NCBI GenBank assembly: GCA_965203905.1
Contig: CBDBDQ010000005.1
Location: forward strand, 4,576,001 to 4,640,000
Origin: Spirochaetia bacterium
Lineage (GTDB): Bacteria; Spirochaetota; Spirochaetia; SZUA-6; Bin103
Length of the DNA: 64,000 nucleotides
Direction of reading: 5' to 3'
Shown in pieces: positions 10,094-19,842 of the stretch. Below the pieces are notes generated by a model. The model worked only from the letters and a program-made list of their open reading frames with translations, had not been told where the DNA came from and searched no databases. Numbering within the stretch: the first letter of the stretch is position 1; each line of letters opens with the position of its first letter. A program made the translations under genes and the position numbers.

Positions 10094-11332
10094 GTGCAGG
10101 TAGCCACGCGCATCTGGAGCGCCGGAAGGCGGGCGACGCGCGGCACCTTCGCCTCACTGGCGGTGCGCGACTTCCGGCTGTTGTGGGGCGGGCTGGTGGT
10201 GCTGTTCGGCGCCACCCAGATCCGCATGGTGGCCTCCGGCTACCTGGCGTACGAGCTGACCAGCTCGCCGCTCCTGCTCAGCCTGGTGGCGGTGGGCTAC
10301 GCGGTGCCGATGCTGTCGCTGGCCCTGGTCGGTGGCGTGGTAGCGGACCGCTTCGAGCGGCGCCGTCTGGTGCAGTTCGCGCAGGCGATGTTCTCGGGGG
10401 TGGCGCTGTTCGTGGCGGTGTTCGCCCATATCGGGATCGTCACCTGGGTGCACCTGCTGATCTCATCCGCGCTGCAGGGAACCTTGTGGGCGATCCTGGT
10501 GCCGGCGCGGCAGGCGATGATTCCCGGCATCGTCGGGCGCAAGCTCACCACCAACGCACTGGCGCTGATGGCCGCGGCGTTCAGCATGACCACGCTGCTT
10601 GGGCCGGCCCTGGGGGGCTGGCTGTACGGCTTCGGCGGACCGGCCGCCACCTACTACTTCGTGGCCGCCATGGGGGTGGTGGCGGTGATCCTGACCGGGC
10701 GCATCTCTTCCGTCGGTGCACCGGCGGCAAGCGGTGCATCACACGGCGCGGCGATCGTCGAGGGGCTCGCCTACATTCGTCGCCAGCCCGACATCATCCT
10801 GATGTTCCTGATCTCCGTGGTCTACGCCATGGTGGCGATGCCGTTTCGCCTCATCCTGCCGGTGTTCGTGGTCGACCTGTACGGCATGGGGCCGGAAGTG
10901 CTCGGCCTGCTGGTGAGCTCCATGGGCATCGGCTCCGTGGGCGCCGCGGTGGTGGTGGCGGGCGTGGCGCCGGGACGGCGCGGCCTGATTCTGGTGTGCG
11001 GGGCGATGCTCGCCAGCCTTTCCATACTGGTGATGTCGGGAGTGCCCGTGTTCTGGGTCGGGATGGTGGGTATGCTGGTGTTGGGAATCGGCGACGCGAT
11101 CCGCAAGTCGCTGAACCAGGCGGTGATGCTGGAGATCGCCGATCCGGCGTACCACGGCCGGGTGGCCAGCGTGTTCATGATCTCATTCGGCCTGGTGCCC
11201 CTCGGGGCGCTGCCTGCCGGCGCCCTGGCGGAGGCGTTCGGAGGCCAGGTAGCCGGCACCGTTATGGGCGGCTTCATGCTGCTGGTTTCGGTGGCGCTGC
11301 TGGCCAACCGGCGCCTGCGCCGCCTGAGCTGA
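10094..11332 (+). CDS. MFS transporter (DHA3/EntS-like)
   Basis: About 12 hydrophobic segments; GGVVADRFERRR motif A; PARQAMIP. Confidence 0.9.
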   Translation: MQVATRIWSAGRRATRGTFASLAVRDFRLLWGGLVVLFGATQIRMVASGYLAYELTSSPLLLSLVAVGYAVPMLSLALVGGVVADRFERRRLVQFAQAMFSGVALFVAVFAHIGIVTWVHLLISSALQGTLWAILVPARQAMIPGIVGRKLTTNALALMAAAFSMTTLLGPALGGWLYGFGGPAATYYFVAAMGVVAVILTGRISSVGAPAASGASHGAAIVEGLAYIRRQPDIILMFLISVVYAMVAMPFRLILPVFVVDLYGMGPEVLGLLVSSMGIGSVGAAVVVAGVAPGRRGLILVCGAMLASLSILVMSGVPVFWVGMVGMLVLGIGDAIRKSLNQAVMLEIADPAYHGRVASVFMISFGLVPLGALPAGALAEAFGGQVAGTVMGGFMLLVSVALLANRRLRRLS

Positions 11333-11421
11333 GCACCGGCACGGCAACCCCGCCATGGCCGCGACGCCACGCGATGGCGGACCACGGCCAGATGGGGTAG
11401 GCTGTCGTTTCCGAGGCGAGC

Positions 11422-11844
11422 ATGTTCGAGATGGTAGTCCATGCGATCCTGTGCTGCGATCGCATCATCACGGAGAACAACGGCAAGAAGGGGCTGATCG
11501 GCGTGTTTCACTCGTTCCAGTTCCCGCGCGTACCCGTCGCCAGTCCGCAGTGGTTCATCTACGGCGCCCTGGGCAGCATGGCCCGTGGGACCTACGAATT
11601 CCGCATCAGTCTCACCCACGGCCAATCCTCCGACGAGGTGTACGCCCGCACCGGCGACATCCGCATCCGGCGCGAGCGCGAGGACGTGGAACTGGTGTTG
11701 CCGGTGAACTGCACCTTCGAGAACTACGGGGCGCACGTGATTACCCTGGAGATCGCGGAGGAAGTGGTGGCGAGCCGTATTCTGCGCGTCGCTCCGACCG
11801 TCGCCGGGACCGGGGGCGCCGGCGGCAACGGCGCCGGCTCGTAG
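11422..11844 (+). CDS. Small all-beta hypothetical protein (DUF6941-like)
   Basis: AILCCD.II.E.NGK..LIGVF pattern, good codon usage. Confidence 0.65.
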   Translation: MFEMVVHAILCCDRIITENNGKKGLIGVFHSFQFPRVPVASPQWFIYGALGSMARGTYEFRISLTHGQSSDEVYARTGDIRIRREREDVELVLPVNCTFENYGAHVITLEIAEEVVASRILRVAPTVAGTGGAGGNGAGS

Positions 11845-11848
11845 CGCC

Positions 11849-11880
11849 CCGAAACCGTCGCCTGCCGGCGACGGTTTCGG
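11849..11880. terminator. Perfect 14-bp stem-loop between convergent genes (terminator or REP-like)
   Basis: CCGAAACCGTCGCC-tgcc-GGCGACGGTTTCGG, 4 nt after a stop codon; no U-tract. Confidence 0.6.
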
Positions 11881-12015
11881 CCCAGCCCCGCCTACCGTAC
11901 GGAGTCGTGTCGGAGCTGCCGCTGACGCGCCAACCCGACAGACTCCTGGCGCCGCTACGTTCCGCCTGCTCCCGTGGCAGGGCGGCGGGCGCCGAATGCC
12001 ACGTTCCCGACCGCC

Positions 12016-13236
12016 TTATGGTCGCTCTCGGGGAATGGTGCGGCGGGTCTTGAGGATCGCCGCAAAGGCGAGCAACACCAGCAGCGCTGACACCACGACG
12101 TAGAGCAGGTAGCCGCGGCGGATGCCGATCTGCTCGGCTACCAGCGCCATGGCGAACGGAAACAGGAAGGAGCCTATGCCGCCGCCGGTGGTGGCAAAGC
12201 CGATCACCATGCTCTGATGGCGCAGCGCGAAGAAGCGGCCCACCAGCGACATCACCAGCGGGTAGATCGAAGAGAAACCGAACCCGGCGGCGACGAAGCC
12301 GACCGCTGCCGCCGTGCGGTCGGTCACGGTCACGGCGCCGGCGAGACCGGCCAGGGCGATCGCGGCGAGCAACAGGATGGCCTCGGCCGCACGCGTCCCG
12401 CGGTAGCAGAACGCCAGCAGCAGGCGGCCGCCGAGCACGCCGCCCCAGAACAGCATTACCATCAGCGCACCATGGGCCGGGGTGGTGCCCAGGAAACCTA
12501 CGAAGTACTCCCCGAGCCACGACGACACGCCCGCCTCCGCGCCGACGTAGAGGAACAGCAGCGCCACGCAGATCACCACCAGTCCACGGTCCAGCGACAG
12601 CCTGCCAGCGCTCTCGGGATTGGCGCGGTGGCCGCCCCCGAGCCCCTCTTCCAGGCGGCCGAAGGGGAGCAGCGCCAACCACACCGCCATTCCTGCCGCA
12701 GCCACCGCCAGCGCGCGAAACGCGATCTGCCAGGCGACCCCGCTGTCCAGCAGCCGGGCCGCCAGCAGCGGACCCGCCACCGCACCCACCGAGAAGGCCG
12801 CGTGCAGCAGGTTCATCAGTTGGCTGCGGCCGTCGCGCTCGATGCGTATCGCACCGTAGTTGAGCACTACCTCGACGGCGCCGAGGCCGATCCCGATCAG
12901 CCCGTGCAGCAGCACGTTGATCAGCACCAGCGGCGTGGCGCCGAACACCGCCAGGGCGCCGGCCATCAGCACCAGGCCGGTCACCACCGTGGCGCGCGGC
13001 CCGAGTCGGGGCACCACGAAACCGCTGGCGAAGGTGGAGGCGAAGTAGCCGATGGAGATCGCCGCCAGCACCGCCGCCGCCTCGGTGTAGCTCCAGCCGA
13101 ACGAGCGGATCATCTCCGGCAGCACGGCGCCGACCACCGTAAGGTCGGCTCCGAACAGGGCGGTGACCGCCAGCAGGCCGAGGTAGAGGGAGCGGAACCG
13201 CGCCGGCACGCGCGGAAGACGCTGGACGATGGGCAT
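12016..13236 (-). CDS. MFS transporter (FucP/TsgA-like sugar family)
   Basis: 12-TM pattern; MNLLHAAFSVGAVAGP and LYVGAE motifs. Start chosen at MPIVQR. Confidence 0.85.
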   Translation of the reverse strand: MPIVQRLPRVPARFRSLYLGLLAVTALFGADLTVVGAVLPEMIRSFGWSYTEAAAVLAAISIGYFASTFASGFVVPRLGPRATVVTGLVLMAGALAVFGATPLVLINVLLHGLIGIGLGAVEVVLNYGAIRIERDGRSQLMNLLHAAFSVGAVAGPLLAARLLDSGVAWQIAFRALAVAAAGMAVWLALLPFGRLEEGLGGGHRANPESAGRLSLDRGLVVICVALLFLYVGAEAGVSSWLGEYFVGFLGTTPAHGALMVMLFWGGVLGGRLLLAFCYRGTRAAEAILLLAAIALAGLAGAVTVTDRTAAAVGFVAAGFGFSSIYPLVMSLVGRFFALRHQSMVIGFATTGGGIGSFLFPFAMALVAEQIGIRRGYLLYVVVSALLVLLAFAAILKTRRTIPRERP

Positions 13237-13369
13237 GGGTGGAATGACAACATTAATACCCCCGGCAGGCGGAGCGGACAAGCGCAGGTGGACTGCGGCA
13301 GTCGGCGGAGTCGGCAGGTGCCCTGCGGCTCGCGCTGCCATACGGCGGCGCATGTGCTACGGTGCCGGC

Positions 13370-14383
13370 GTGCAACGAGACAGGGTAGTACAGGAGCCGC
13401 TCACCGGCCGCCTGCCGCGCCGGCGCCTCGGACGGCTCGACATGGAGCTGACGGTGCTGGGGCTTGGCGGAGCGTCGCTGGGGCTGATGCGGGATCGCGA
13501 TACCAGCCCGGAAGAGCGCGGCGAGATTGCCGCGGCCACGGTGCGCCGGGCCGTGGCACTGGGGATCAACTACATCGACACGTCGCCGCTGTACCAGGCC
13601 GGCGTGGCCGAGCGCAGTCTGGGCATCGCCCTGGGCAGTCTGAACGCCGCGGAGCGGGCTTCCCTTCACGTCTCCACCAAGGTGGGGACCCGGACCGGGA
13701 TGGAGGGGCTTTACGACCGCGCGTCGGTGCTCGCCTCCCTTGAGCAGAGCCGGGAAGCGCTGGGGCGGGAGTACCTGGACATCGTCTTCGTGCACGACCC
13801 GAATTCGGAGCAGCACATGGAGGCGATTCTGCGGCCCGGCGGGGCCGCGGACACGATCCTGGAGTTGAAACGGGAGGGCGGCGTGGGTGCGCTCGGCCTG
13901 GGGGTACGGACCCACCGCTGGCAGCGGCGCTGCATCGAGGATGGACGCTTCGATGTGGTGCTGCTGCCCTACGACTACAGCCTGGCCCGCGACAGCGCCC
14001 GGCCGCTGATCGAGTTGGCTCAGGCCCGCAGCGTGGGCGTGGTGAGTGCCTCGCCCTACCTGCGCGGCCTGCTGGCGGGGCCGGATCCCGCGGTGCAGGC
14101 GCGCTTTGGAGCCCAGGAGCCGCAGGACGTGCGAGCCGCGGCGGCGATTCACGCCTGGTGCGGGGAACGCGGGATCGACGTGGGCGCGCTGGCGATGCAG
14201 TTCAGCACCAGGCACCCCGGCATCGCGTCGACCCTGGTGGGCAGCCGCGACGGCGCCGAGACCGCCGCCAGCTACCGCCACGCGACCGCTTCCCTGGCGC
14301 CCGGGGTGTGGCAGGAGTTCGCCGCCGCGGCGCAGACGTTCCCCGCGGCGGCGCCGGGCGGCGAGACGGGGATTCTCCAATGA
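13370..14383 (+). CDS. Aldo/keto reductase (aldose 1-dehydrogenase-like)
   Basis: LGLGG, GINYIDTSPLY, STKVG, LDIVFVHDP. Start uncertain (13352 or 13370). Confidence 0.9.
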   Translation: MQRDRVVQEPLTGRLPRRRLGRLDMELTVLGLGGASLGLMRDRDTSPEERGEIAAATVRRAVALGINYIDTSPLYQAGVAERSLGIALGSLNAAERASLHVSTKVGTRTGMEGLYDRASVLASLEQSREALGREYLDIVFVHDPNSEQHMEAILRPGGAADTILELKREGGVGALGLGVRTHRWQRRCIEDGRFDVVLLPYDYSLARDSARPLIELAQARSVGVVSASPYLRGLLAGPDPAVQARFGAQEPQDVRAAAAIHAWCGERGIDVGALAMQFSTRHPGIASTLVGSRDGAETAASYRHATASLAPGVWQEFAAAAQTFPAAAPGGETGILQ

Positions 14384-15423
14384 CAGGGCCGACTCCCGGC
14401 GCGCCCGGTTCACCCGGAGGCCGCATCGGCACCACCGTGGTGGGCAGCTACCCGATCCCCACGTGGTTGGCGGCGTTGCCGAGCGCCCCGAACCTGGCCG
14501 ACGCCCTGCTGGTGGTGCTCAAGACCCAGGAGCTGGCCGGCATCGACCTGCTGTCCGACGGCGAGTTCTCCCGCTTCGACGTCAACCATCCCGACACCAA
14601 CGGCATGATCGACTACTTCGTGGCGCCGCTGGCGGGCGTGGCCACCGAGTTGAGCCGTGCCGAGCTGGCCGCCTTCCGGGAGCTGCGCGGCATGAGCTTC
14701 CGCTCGGCGCCGGCGGGAGTGGTGCGCGGGCCGCTGGGCGAGGGAACCCTCAATCTGCCCGCCGCCTGGCAGCAGGTGCGCGGTGTGAGCCGGTCGCCGA
14801 TCAAGTTCACGGTGACCTCGCCCTACATGCTGGCGCAGACCCTGCTGGACCGCCACTACGGCGACGCGCGGGCGCTGGCCGCGGCGCTCGCCGAGGTGCT
14901 GCGCGCGCAGGTGGCGGAGATCGATGCCGCGGTCATCCAGATCGACGAGGCCAATCTCACCGGCCACGCGGAGGATGCCGGCTGGGCGCACGAGCCGATC
15001 AACACCGTGCTCGGCGGCGTGCAGGGCGAGAAGGCCCTGCATCTGTGCTTCGGCAACTATGGCGGCCAGAGCATTCAGTCGGGAGAATGGCGCGCCCTGC
15101 TCGGGTTTCTCAATGCGCTCGACGTGGACCACCTGGTGCTGGAGTTCGCGCGCCGCGGCTACGACGAACTGGAGTTGTTCAACGATCTGCGTCCGGAGAT
15201 CGCCCTCGGAGTCGGCCTGGTCGACATCAAGGACAACGCCGTGGAGAGTCCCGACCTGATCGCCGGGCGCATCGAGCACGCGGTGCGCGTGCTGGGCGCC
15301 GAGCGCGTCCGCTGGGTGCACCCCGACTGCGGATTCTGGATGCTCCCGCGCAGCGTGGCGGACCGCAAGCTGCACGCCCTGGTCGCAGGCCGCGACCTCT
15401 ACGAAGGCCGTCAGCGCCGTTAA
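14380..15423 (+). CDS. Cobalamin-independent methionine synthase II family (single-barrel MetE-like)
   Basis: TTVVGSYP, DGE..R, IQIDE, zinc ligands HLC...E...PDCG; ATGA overlap with the AKR gene. Confidence 0.88.
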   Translation: MTGPTPGAPGSPGGRIGTTVVGSYPIPTWLAALPSAPNLADALLVVLKTQELAGIDLLSDGEFSRFDVNHPDTNGMIDYFVAPLAGVATELSRAELAAFRELRGMSFRSAPAGVVRGPLGEGTLNLPAAWQQVRGVSRSPIKFTVTSPYMLAQTLLDRHYGDARALAAALAEVLRAQVAEIDAAVIQIDEANLTGHAEDAGWAHEPINTVLGGVQGEKALHLCFGNYGGQSIQSGEWRALLGFLNALDVDHLVLEFARRGYDELELFNDLRPEIALGVGLVDIKDNAVESPDLIAGRIEHAVRVLGAERVRWVHPDCGFWMLPRSVADRKLHALVAGRDLYEGRQRR

Positions 15424-15469
15424 CGGCGGATATTTGATTACCTTGTACGCGAATATGGGAGGAGTTGAG

Positions 15470-15859
15470 GTGTCAGCGCTGGATGGGGTTATCGATTTCG
15501 ACAAGTCGGGCGGCGTGGTGCCGGTGATCGCGCAGGACGCCGAGGACGGCGCCGTGCTGATGATGGCGTACATGAACCGCGAGGCACTCGCCGAGACCTT
15601 GCGTACCGGCCGCGTCTGCTACTTTTCGCGCAGCCGCAACCGGCTCTGGCGCAAGGGCGAGGAGAGCGGCAATGTCCAGGAGCTGCGTGGCCTGTACATC
15701 GACTGCGATGCCGACGCGATCCTGGTCAAGGTGCACCAGGTCGGCGGCGCCGCGTGTCACGAGGGCTACCGCAGCTGCTTCTTCCGCCAGGTCGCAGGCG
15801 AGGAGTTGCAGGTGATCGCCGAACGGGTGTTCGATCCGCGGGAGGTATACCGAAAGTGA
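15470..15859 (+). CDS. hisI: Phosphoribosyl-AMP cyclohydrolase
   Basis: [27 protein letters not shown]; GGAGG RBS. Confidence 0.95.
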   Translation: MSALDGVIDFDKSGGVVPVIAQDAEDGAVLMMAYMNREALAETLRTGRVCYFSRSRNRLWRKGEESGNVQELRGLYIDCDADAILVKVHQVGGAACHEGYRSCFFRQVAGEELQVIAERVFDPREVYRK

Positions 15860-16734
15860 GTACGCCCGTGCTCAAGTTCGGCATTCCGGCCGGCAGTCTG
15901 CAGGAGGCCACCGCGGAGCTGTTTCATCAGGCCGGCTACCGGATCACCTTTCGGTCGCGCTCCTACTACCCGGAGATCGACGACCCCGAAATCGAATGCA
16001 TCCTGATTCGCGCGCAGGAAATGGCCCGTTACGTCCAGGACGGCGTCATGGATGCCGGGCTGACCGGACACGACTGGATCGTCGAGAACCGCGCCAAGGT
16101 GGTCGAAGTCGCCGAGCTGGTGTTCTCCAAGGTGAGCCGGCGTCCGGTGCGCTGGGTGCTGGCGGTGCCGGAGGACTCGCCGATCCAGGGGCCGCGAGAC
16201 CTGCAGGGGAAGCACATCGCCACCGAGGCGGTGAACCTCACCGCCGACTACCTGGAGCGCCACGGCGTGGAGGCGTCCGTGGAGTTCTCCTGGGGCGCCA
16301 CGGAAGTGAAGCCGCCGCGTCTGGCGGACGCCATCGTGGAGGTCACCGAGACCGGCAGCTCACTGCGCGCCAACAACCTGCGTATCGTGGACACGATCGT
16401 GCACAGCACGCCGCGGCTGATCGCCAACGAGACCGCGTGGAAGGATGACTGGAAGCGTCGCAAGCTCCAGAACATGGCGCTCATGCTGCGCGGCGCCATG
16501 GCCGCCGAGGGCAAGGTGGGACTGATGATGAACGTGCCCAACGACAAGATGGATGGTGTGGTGGCGGTCCTGCCTGCGCTGCAGAAGCCAACCTTGTCGG
16601 GCCTGGTGAATGGCGACTGGATCGCCGTGAACACGGTGATCGACGAGTCGGTGGTACGCGATATCATCCCGCGCCTGAAGGAAGCGGGAGCGAGCGGCAT
16701 CGTCGAGTACCCGCTGAGCAAGATCATCGACTAA
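15856..16734 (+). CDS. hisG: ATP phosphoribosyltransferase (long form)
   Basis: [35 protein letters not shown], and a C-terminal regulatory domain. Confidence 0.95.
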   Translation: MSTPVLKFGIPAGSLQEATAELFHQAGYRITFRSRSYYPEIDDPEIECILIRAQEMARYVQDGVMDAGLTGHDWIVENRAKVVEVAELVFSKVSRRPVRWVLAVPEDSPIQGPRDLQGKHIATEAVNLTADYLERHGVEASVEFSWGATEVKPPRLADAIVEVTETGSSLRANNLRIVDTIVHSTPRLIANETAWKDDWKRRKLQNMALMLRGAMAAEGKVGLMMNVPNDKMDGVVAVLPALQKPTLSGLVNGDWIAVNTVIDESVVRDIIPRLKEAGASGIVEYPLSKIID

Positions 16735-16752
16735 GCGTCGACCGGGCTGCGG

Positions 16753-18492
16753 CTATTCGGGCTCCGCGGACGGGTCGGGCGCGAGGAAGTCCAGGTCGGC
16801 GCCGAGGTGGGCCGGCAGCACGTGCTCGGCGTGCAGCCGCCGCCAGCCGCGTGCCGCCAGCGGCGGCTGCGCGGGTAGCCGGGTGCGGCGCGCCTCCAGC
16901 TCCGCGCTCGCCACCAGCAGGTCGATGCGGCCGTGGTCCGCGTCCAGCTCGATCGGGTCGCCATGCTGCACCAGCGCCAGCGGGCCGCCGCGTGCGGCCT
17001 CCGGCGAGCAGTGCAGCACGACGGTGCCGCCGGCGGTTCCGCTCATGCGGGCGTCCGAGACCCGCACCATGTCCCGTACCCCGGTGACCGCCAGCTTGCG
17101 CGGAATCGGCAGCGAGCCGGTCTCCGGCATGCCGGCCGCGGCGGGGCCGCTGTTGCGCAGCACCAGCACGTGGTTGGGCGTGACCGGCAGATCCGGGTCA
17201 TCGATGCGTGCCGCCAGGTCGGCGGGCGACTCGAACACCAGGGCCGGGCCGCGGTGGCGCAGCAGGGCGGGGGTGGCCGCGGAGCGCTTGAGGATCGCGC
17301 CCTCCGGGGCCAGCGAGCCGCGCAGCACCGCGATGGCTCCGGGGCCGCCGATGGGCGCTTCCAGGGTGCCGATCACCCGTTCCGGCCGCTGCGGCCCCGA
17401 GTGAGCGGTCGGATGCGCCGCGAGTGCGGCCGCGAGCTGTTGGCCCATGGTGCTCCCGCTGACACAGCGCGCATCGAGCCGCAGCAGCGGGCGCAACTCC
17501 GCCAGCACCGCCGGCATGCCGCCCGCCTGGTGCAGGTCCTCCAGCCACAGGTCGCCGCTGGGCTTGCAGTTCACCAGCAGCGGCACGCGCCGTGCGGCCG
17601 CCTCGAAGTCGTCGAGGGTGAGCGCGACCCCGGCGCGCCGGGCAATGGCCAGCAGGTGGATCACGGCGTTGGTGGAGCCGCCGATGGCCAGCAGCGCGGT
17701 GACCGCGTTGGCGAACGCCGCCGGCGTGAGCACCTGGCTTGGGCGCAGCGGCGCCTGCGCCAGCGCGGCCGCGCGCCGGCCGGTCGCCACCGCGTGGCGC
17801 AGGCGCGCGCCCGAGCCGGAGGGAGCAGTGGCGCCGCCCGGCAGCATCAGTCCCATCGCCTCGCCGAGGCAGGCCATGGTGGACGCCGTTCCCATTACCA
17901 TGCAGGTGCCGCCCGTGGGGCACAGCTCCTGCTGCACCTGCTCCAGCTCCGCCTGCTCCAGCTCGCCGGCACGGAACTGCTGCCAGTGGGCGCGGCAGTC
18001 GGTGCAGGCGCCGAGCCGCGTACCGCGCCAGGACCCGGTGCGCATCGGCCCGGTGACCAGCGCCACGGCGGGCACGTCGGCGGAGGCCGCCGCCATCAAC
18101 TGCGCCGGCACCGTCTTGTCGCAGCCTCCGACCAGCACCGCCGCGTCCATCGGGTAGGCGCTGAGCGCCTCCTCGGTCTCCATCGCCAGCAGGTTGCGGT
18201 ACAGCATGGAGGTGGGCGTGATCAGGATCTCGCCCAGGGACAGAGTCGGCAGGGTGAGGGGTAGCGCGCCGCCCTGCAGCACGCCGCGGCGCACCGCCTC
18301 CACCAGCGCCGGCATGTCACGGTGGCAGGTGGTGTAATCGGAGCTGGTCTCGACGATGGCCACCACCGGGCGCTCCAGGTCGGCGCGGTCGTAGCCGGCC
18401 GAGGCCAGGAACGCGCGCCGCAGGAAGGAGCTGAATCCCGGATCGCCGTACGATGTCAGGCGACCATCGACACCGCGCGCCGCTGCGCTCAC
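16753..18492 (-). CDS. IlvD/Edd-family dehydratase, probably sugar-acid specific
   Basis: GCDKT, GTCMVMGTASTM, GGSTNAVIHL, SDARMSGT, HCSPEA. Confidence 0.92.
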   Translation of the reverse strand: MSAAARGVDGRLTSYGDPGFSSFLRRAFLASAGYDRADLERPVVAIVETSSDYTTCHRDMPALVEAVRRGVLQGGALPLTLPTLSLGEILITPTSMLYRNLLAMETEEALSAYPMDAAVLVGGCDKTVPAQLMAAASADVPAVALVTGPMRTGSWRGTRLGACTDCRAHWQQFRAGELEQAELEQVQQELCPTGGTCMVMGTASTMACLGEAMGLMLPGGATAPSGSGARLRHAVATGRRAAALAQAPLRPSQVLTPAAFANAVTALLAIGGSTNAVIHLLAIARRAGVALTLDDFEAAARRVPLLVNCKPSGDLWLEDLHQAGGMPAVLAELRPLLRLDARCVSGSTMGQQLAAALAAHPTAHSGPQRPERVIGTLEAPIGGPGAIAVLRGSLAPEGAILKRSAATPALLRHRGPALVFESPADLAARIDDPDLPVTPNHVLVLRNSGPAAAGMPETGSLPIPRKLAVTGVRDMVRVSDARMSGTAGGTVVLHCSPEAARGGPLALVQHGDPIELDADHGRIDLLVASAELEARRTRLPAQPPLAARGWRRLHAEHVLPAHLGADLDFLAPDPSAEPE

Positions 18493-18497
18493 GGCGG

Positions 18498-19643
18498 CTA
18501 ACGACCGCGAATGCCGGCTTGTTCCAGGTCGCGGTGGCCGGCGCGCAGGTCCTCGAGGTAGTGAGTCAGCTCCTGCGCCTTGTCGCGCAGCGACAGCAGG
18601 GCGGCGGATTCTCCCGTTGGGGCGGCGCGCAGGCGCGGGACATCGAGCGAGAGCTGCTGCAGCGCGAGCACCGCGGACTTGGCGCGCAGGTCGATCATCT
18701 CTATCCGTTCCTGCAGGTCCTGCAATGTCTTGAGCTGCCCCTCGTACTGTTCCACCGCGGTCTCATACTCGCGTCGCAGTTCCGGGGAACTGGCTTCGTC
18801 CAGCTTTCCGCGCAGGGCGGCCAGCTCCTGGGTGACCTCCGCCGCCGACACCCGCGCCTCGGCGCGTTCCAGGTCGCGGCGTGCCTGCAGCAGGGCGCCG
18901 ATGTGCTCGGTATAGGCATCGAGTTCCGGCTGCAGGTCCGAGCGCCAGCGCTCCGCCTCCGCGCCCCCCACCTGCAGCTCGCCGAGGATCGTATCGCGCA
19001 GCTCCACCGCCTCCGCCAGCAGCGGCGCGTGCGCCGGCGAGACCTCGTTCGCACTCGGATCGCGGCCGGCACGCGGCATCGCGGTCGGCTCGTCTTCCAT
19101 GCCGGCTTCCTCCAGCTCGCGGCGCAGGCGTCGCCGACGGGTGCGCGCCACGGCATGGTGAATCGCCAGAGGCACGCCCAACGCGAAGACCGGGAAGATC
19201 GACCAGGGCACCGGATGTGCGAGGAAGATATTGGCTCCGACCAGGAAGGCCGACAGGCCGGCGACCGTGCTCAGGTGGTGGTGCAGGCGGCGGCGCAGTG
19301 AAAACAGCTTGCGGATGCGCGCCAGCGTGCCCCTGGTGAGCGGCGGCAGGGCCGCGGCATCGCGCGCCTCCCGCGCCCGCACCCGCGCCTCGGTGACGTG
19401 GTGCAGCAGGCCGATGCCCCAGGCGCTGAGCGGAAACAGGCACCACAGAAAGCCGGGCGAGGTGAAGAGGTTGATCAGGAGCAGGAACGAGTTCACCGCA
19501 GCGTAGGTGACCCCGTGAACCGTGAGCGCCGACCGGGCGCTCTCGGCGCGCTCCCGCGTGCGTCGCACGAAGCGCGCCAGCCTCTCGCGCAGCGAGCTGC
19601 TCGGCCCCGCGCTTCCGTCGGGCGTTGCTGGTTCCACTGCCAT
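18498..19643 (-). CDS. Double 2TM-domain membrane protein with C-terminal coiled coil (copy 1)
   Basis: Two H...Y..VN...INL.....W..FP...WG.GL..H-type units followed by a heptad-rich helical domain. Confidence 0.8.
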   Translation of the reverse strand: MAVEPATPDGSAGPSSSLRERLARFVRRTRERAESARSALTVHGVTYAAVNSFLLLINLFTSPGFLWCLFPLSAWGIGLLHHVTEARVRAREARDAAALPPLTRGTLARIRKLFSLRRRLHHHLSTVAGLSAFLVGANIFLAHPVPWSIFPVFALGVPLAIHHAVARTRRRRLRRELEEAGMEDEPTAMPRAGRDPSANEVSPAHAPLLAEAVELRDTILGELQVGGAEAERWRSDLQPELDAYTEHIGALLQARRDLERAEARVSAAEVTQELAALRGKLDEASSPELRREYETAVEQYEGQLKTLQDLQERIEMIDLRAKSAVLALQQLSLDVPRLRAAPTGESAALLSLRDKAQELTHYLEDLRAGHRDLEQAGIRGR

Positions 19644-19842
19644 CGCTTGGTTCCGCCCTAAGGTAACAGCTTGTCGTAGCGCGCTCCAACCGAGGGTGGC
19701 GATCTTATGCCATCGTCCGCAGCCCCGGTTGCGCGGCCACGACCGCGTTGGGCAATGGCCTGCGCGCACGAGCCGCCCTGCACCACGTCGCGCCGCCTAC
19801 CGCCCCGGAACCGTCGCCTGTCCGCGTCGTACGGAGTGCCTG

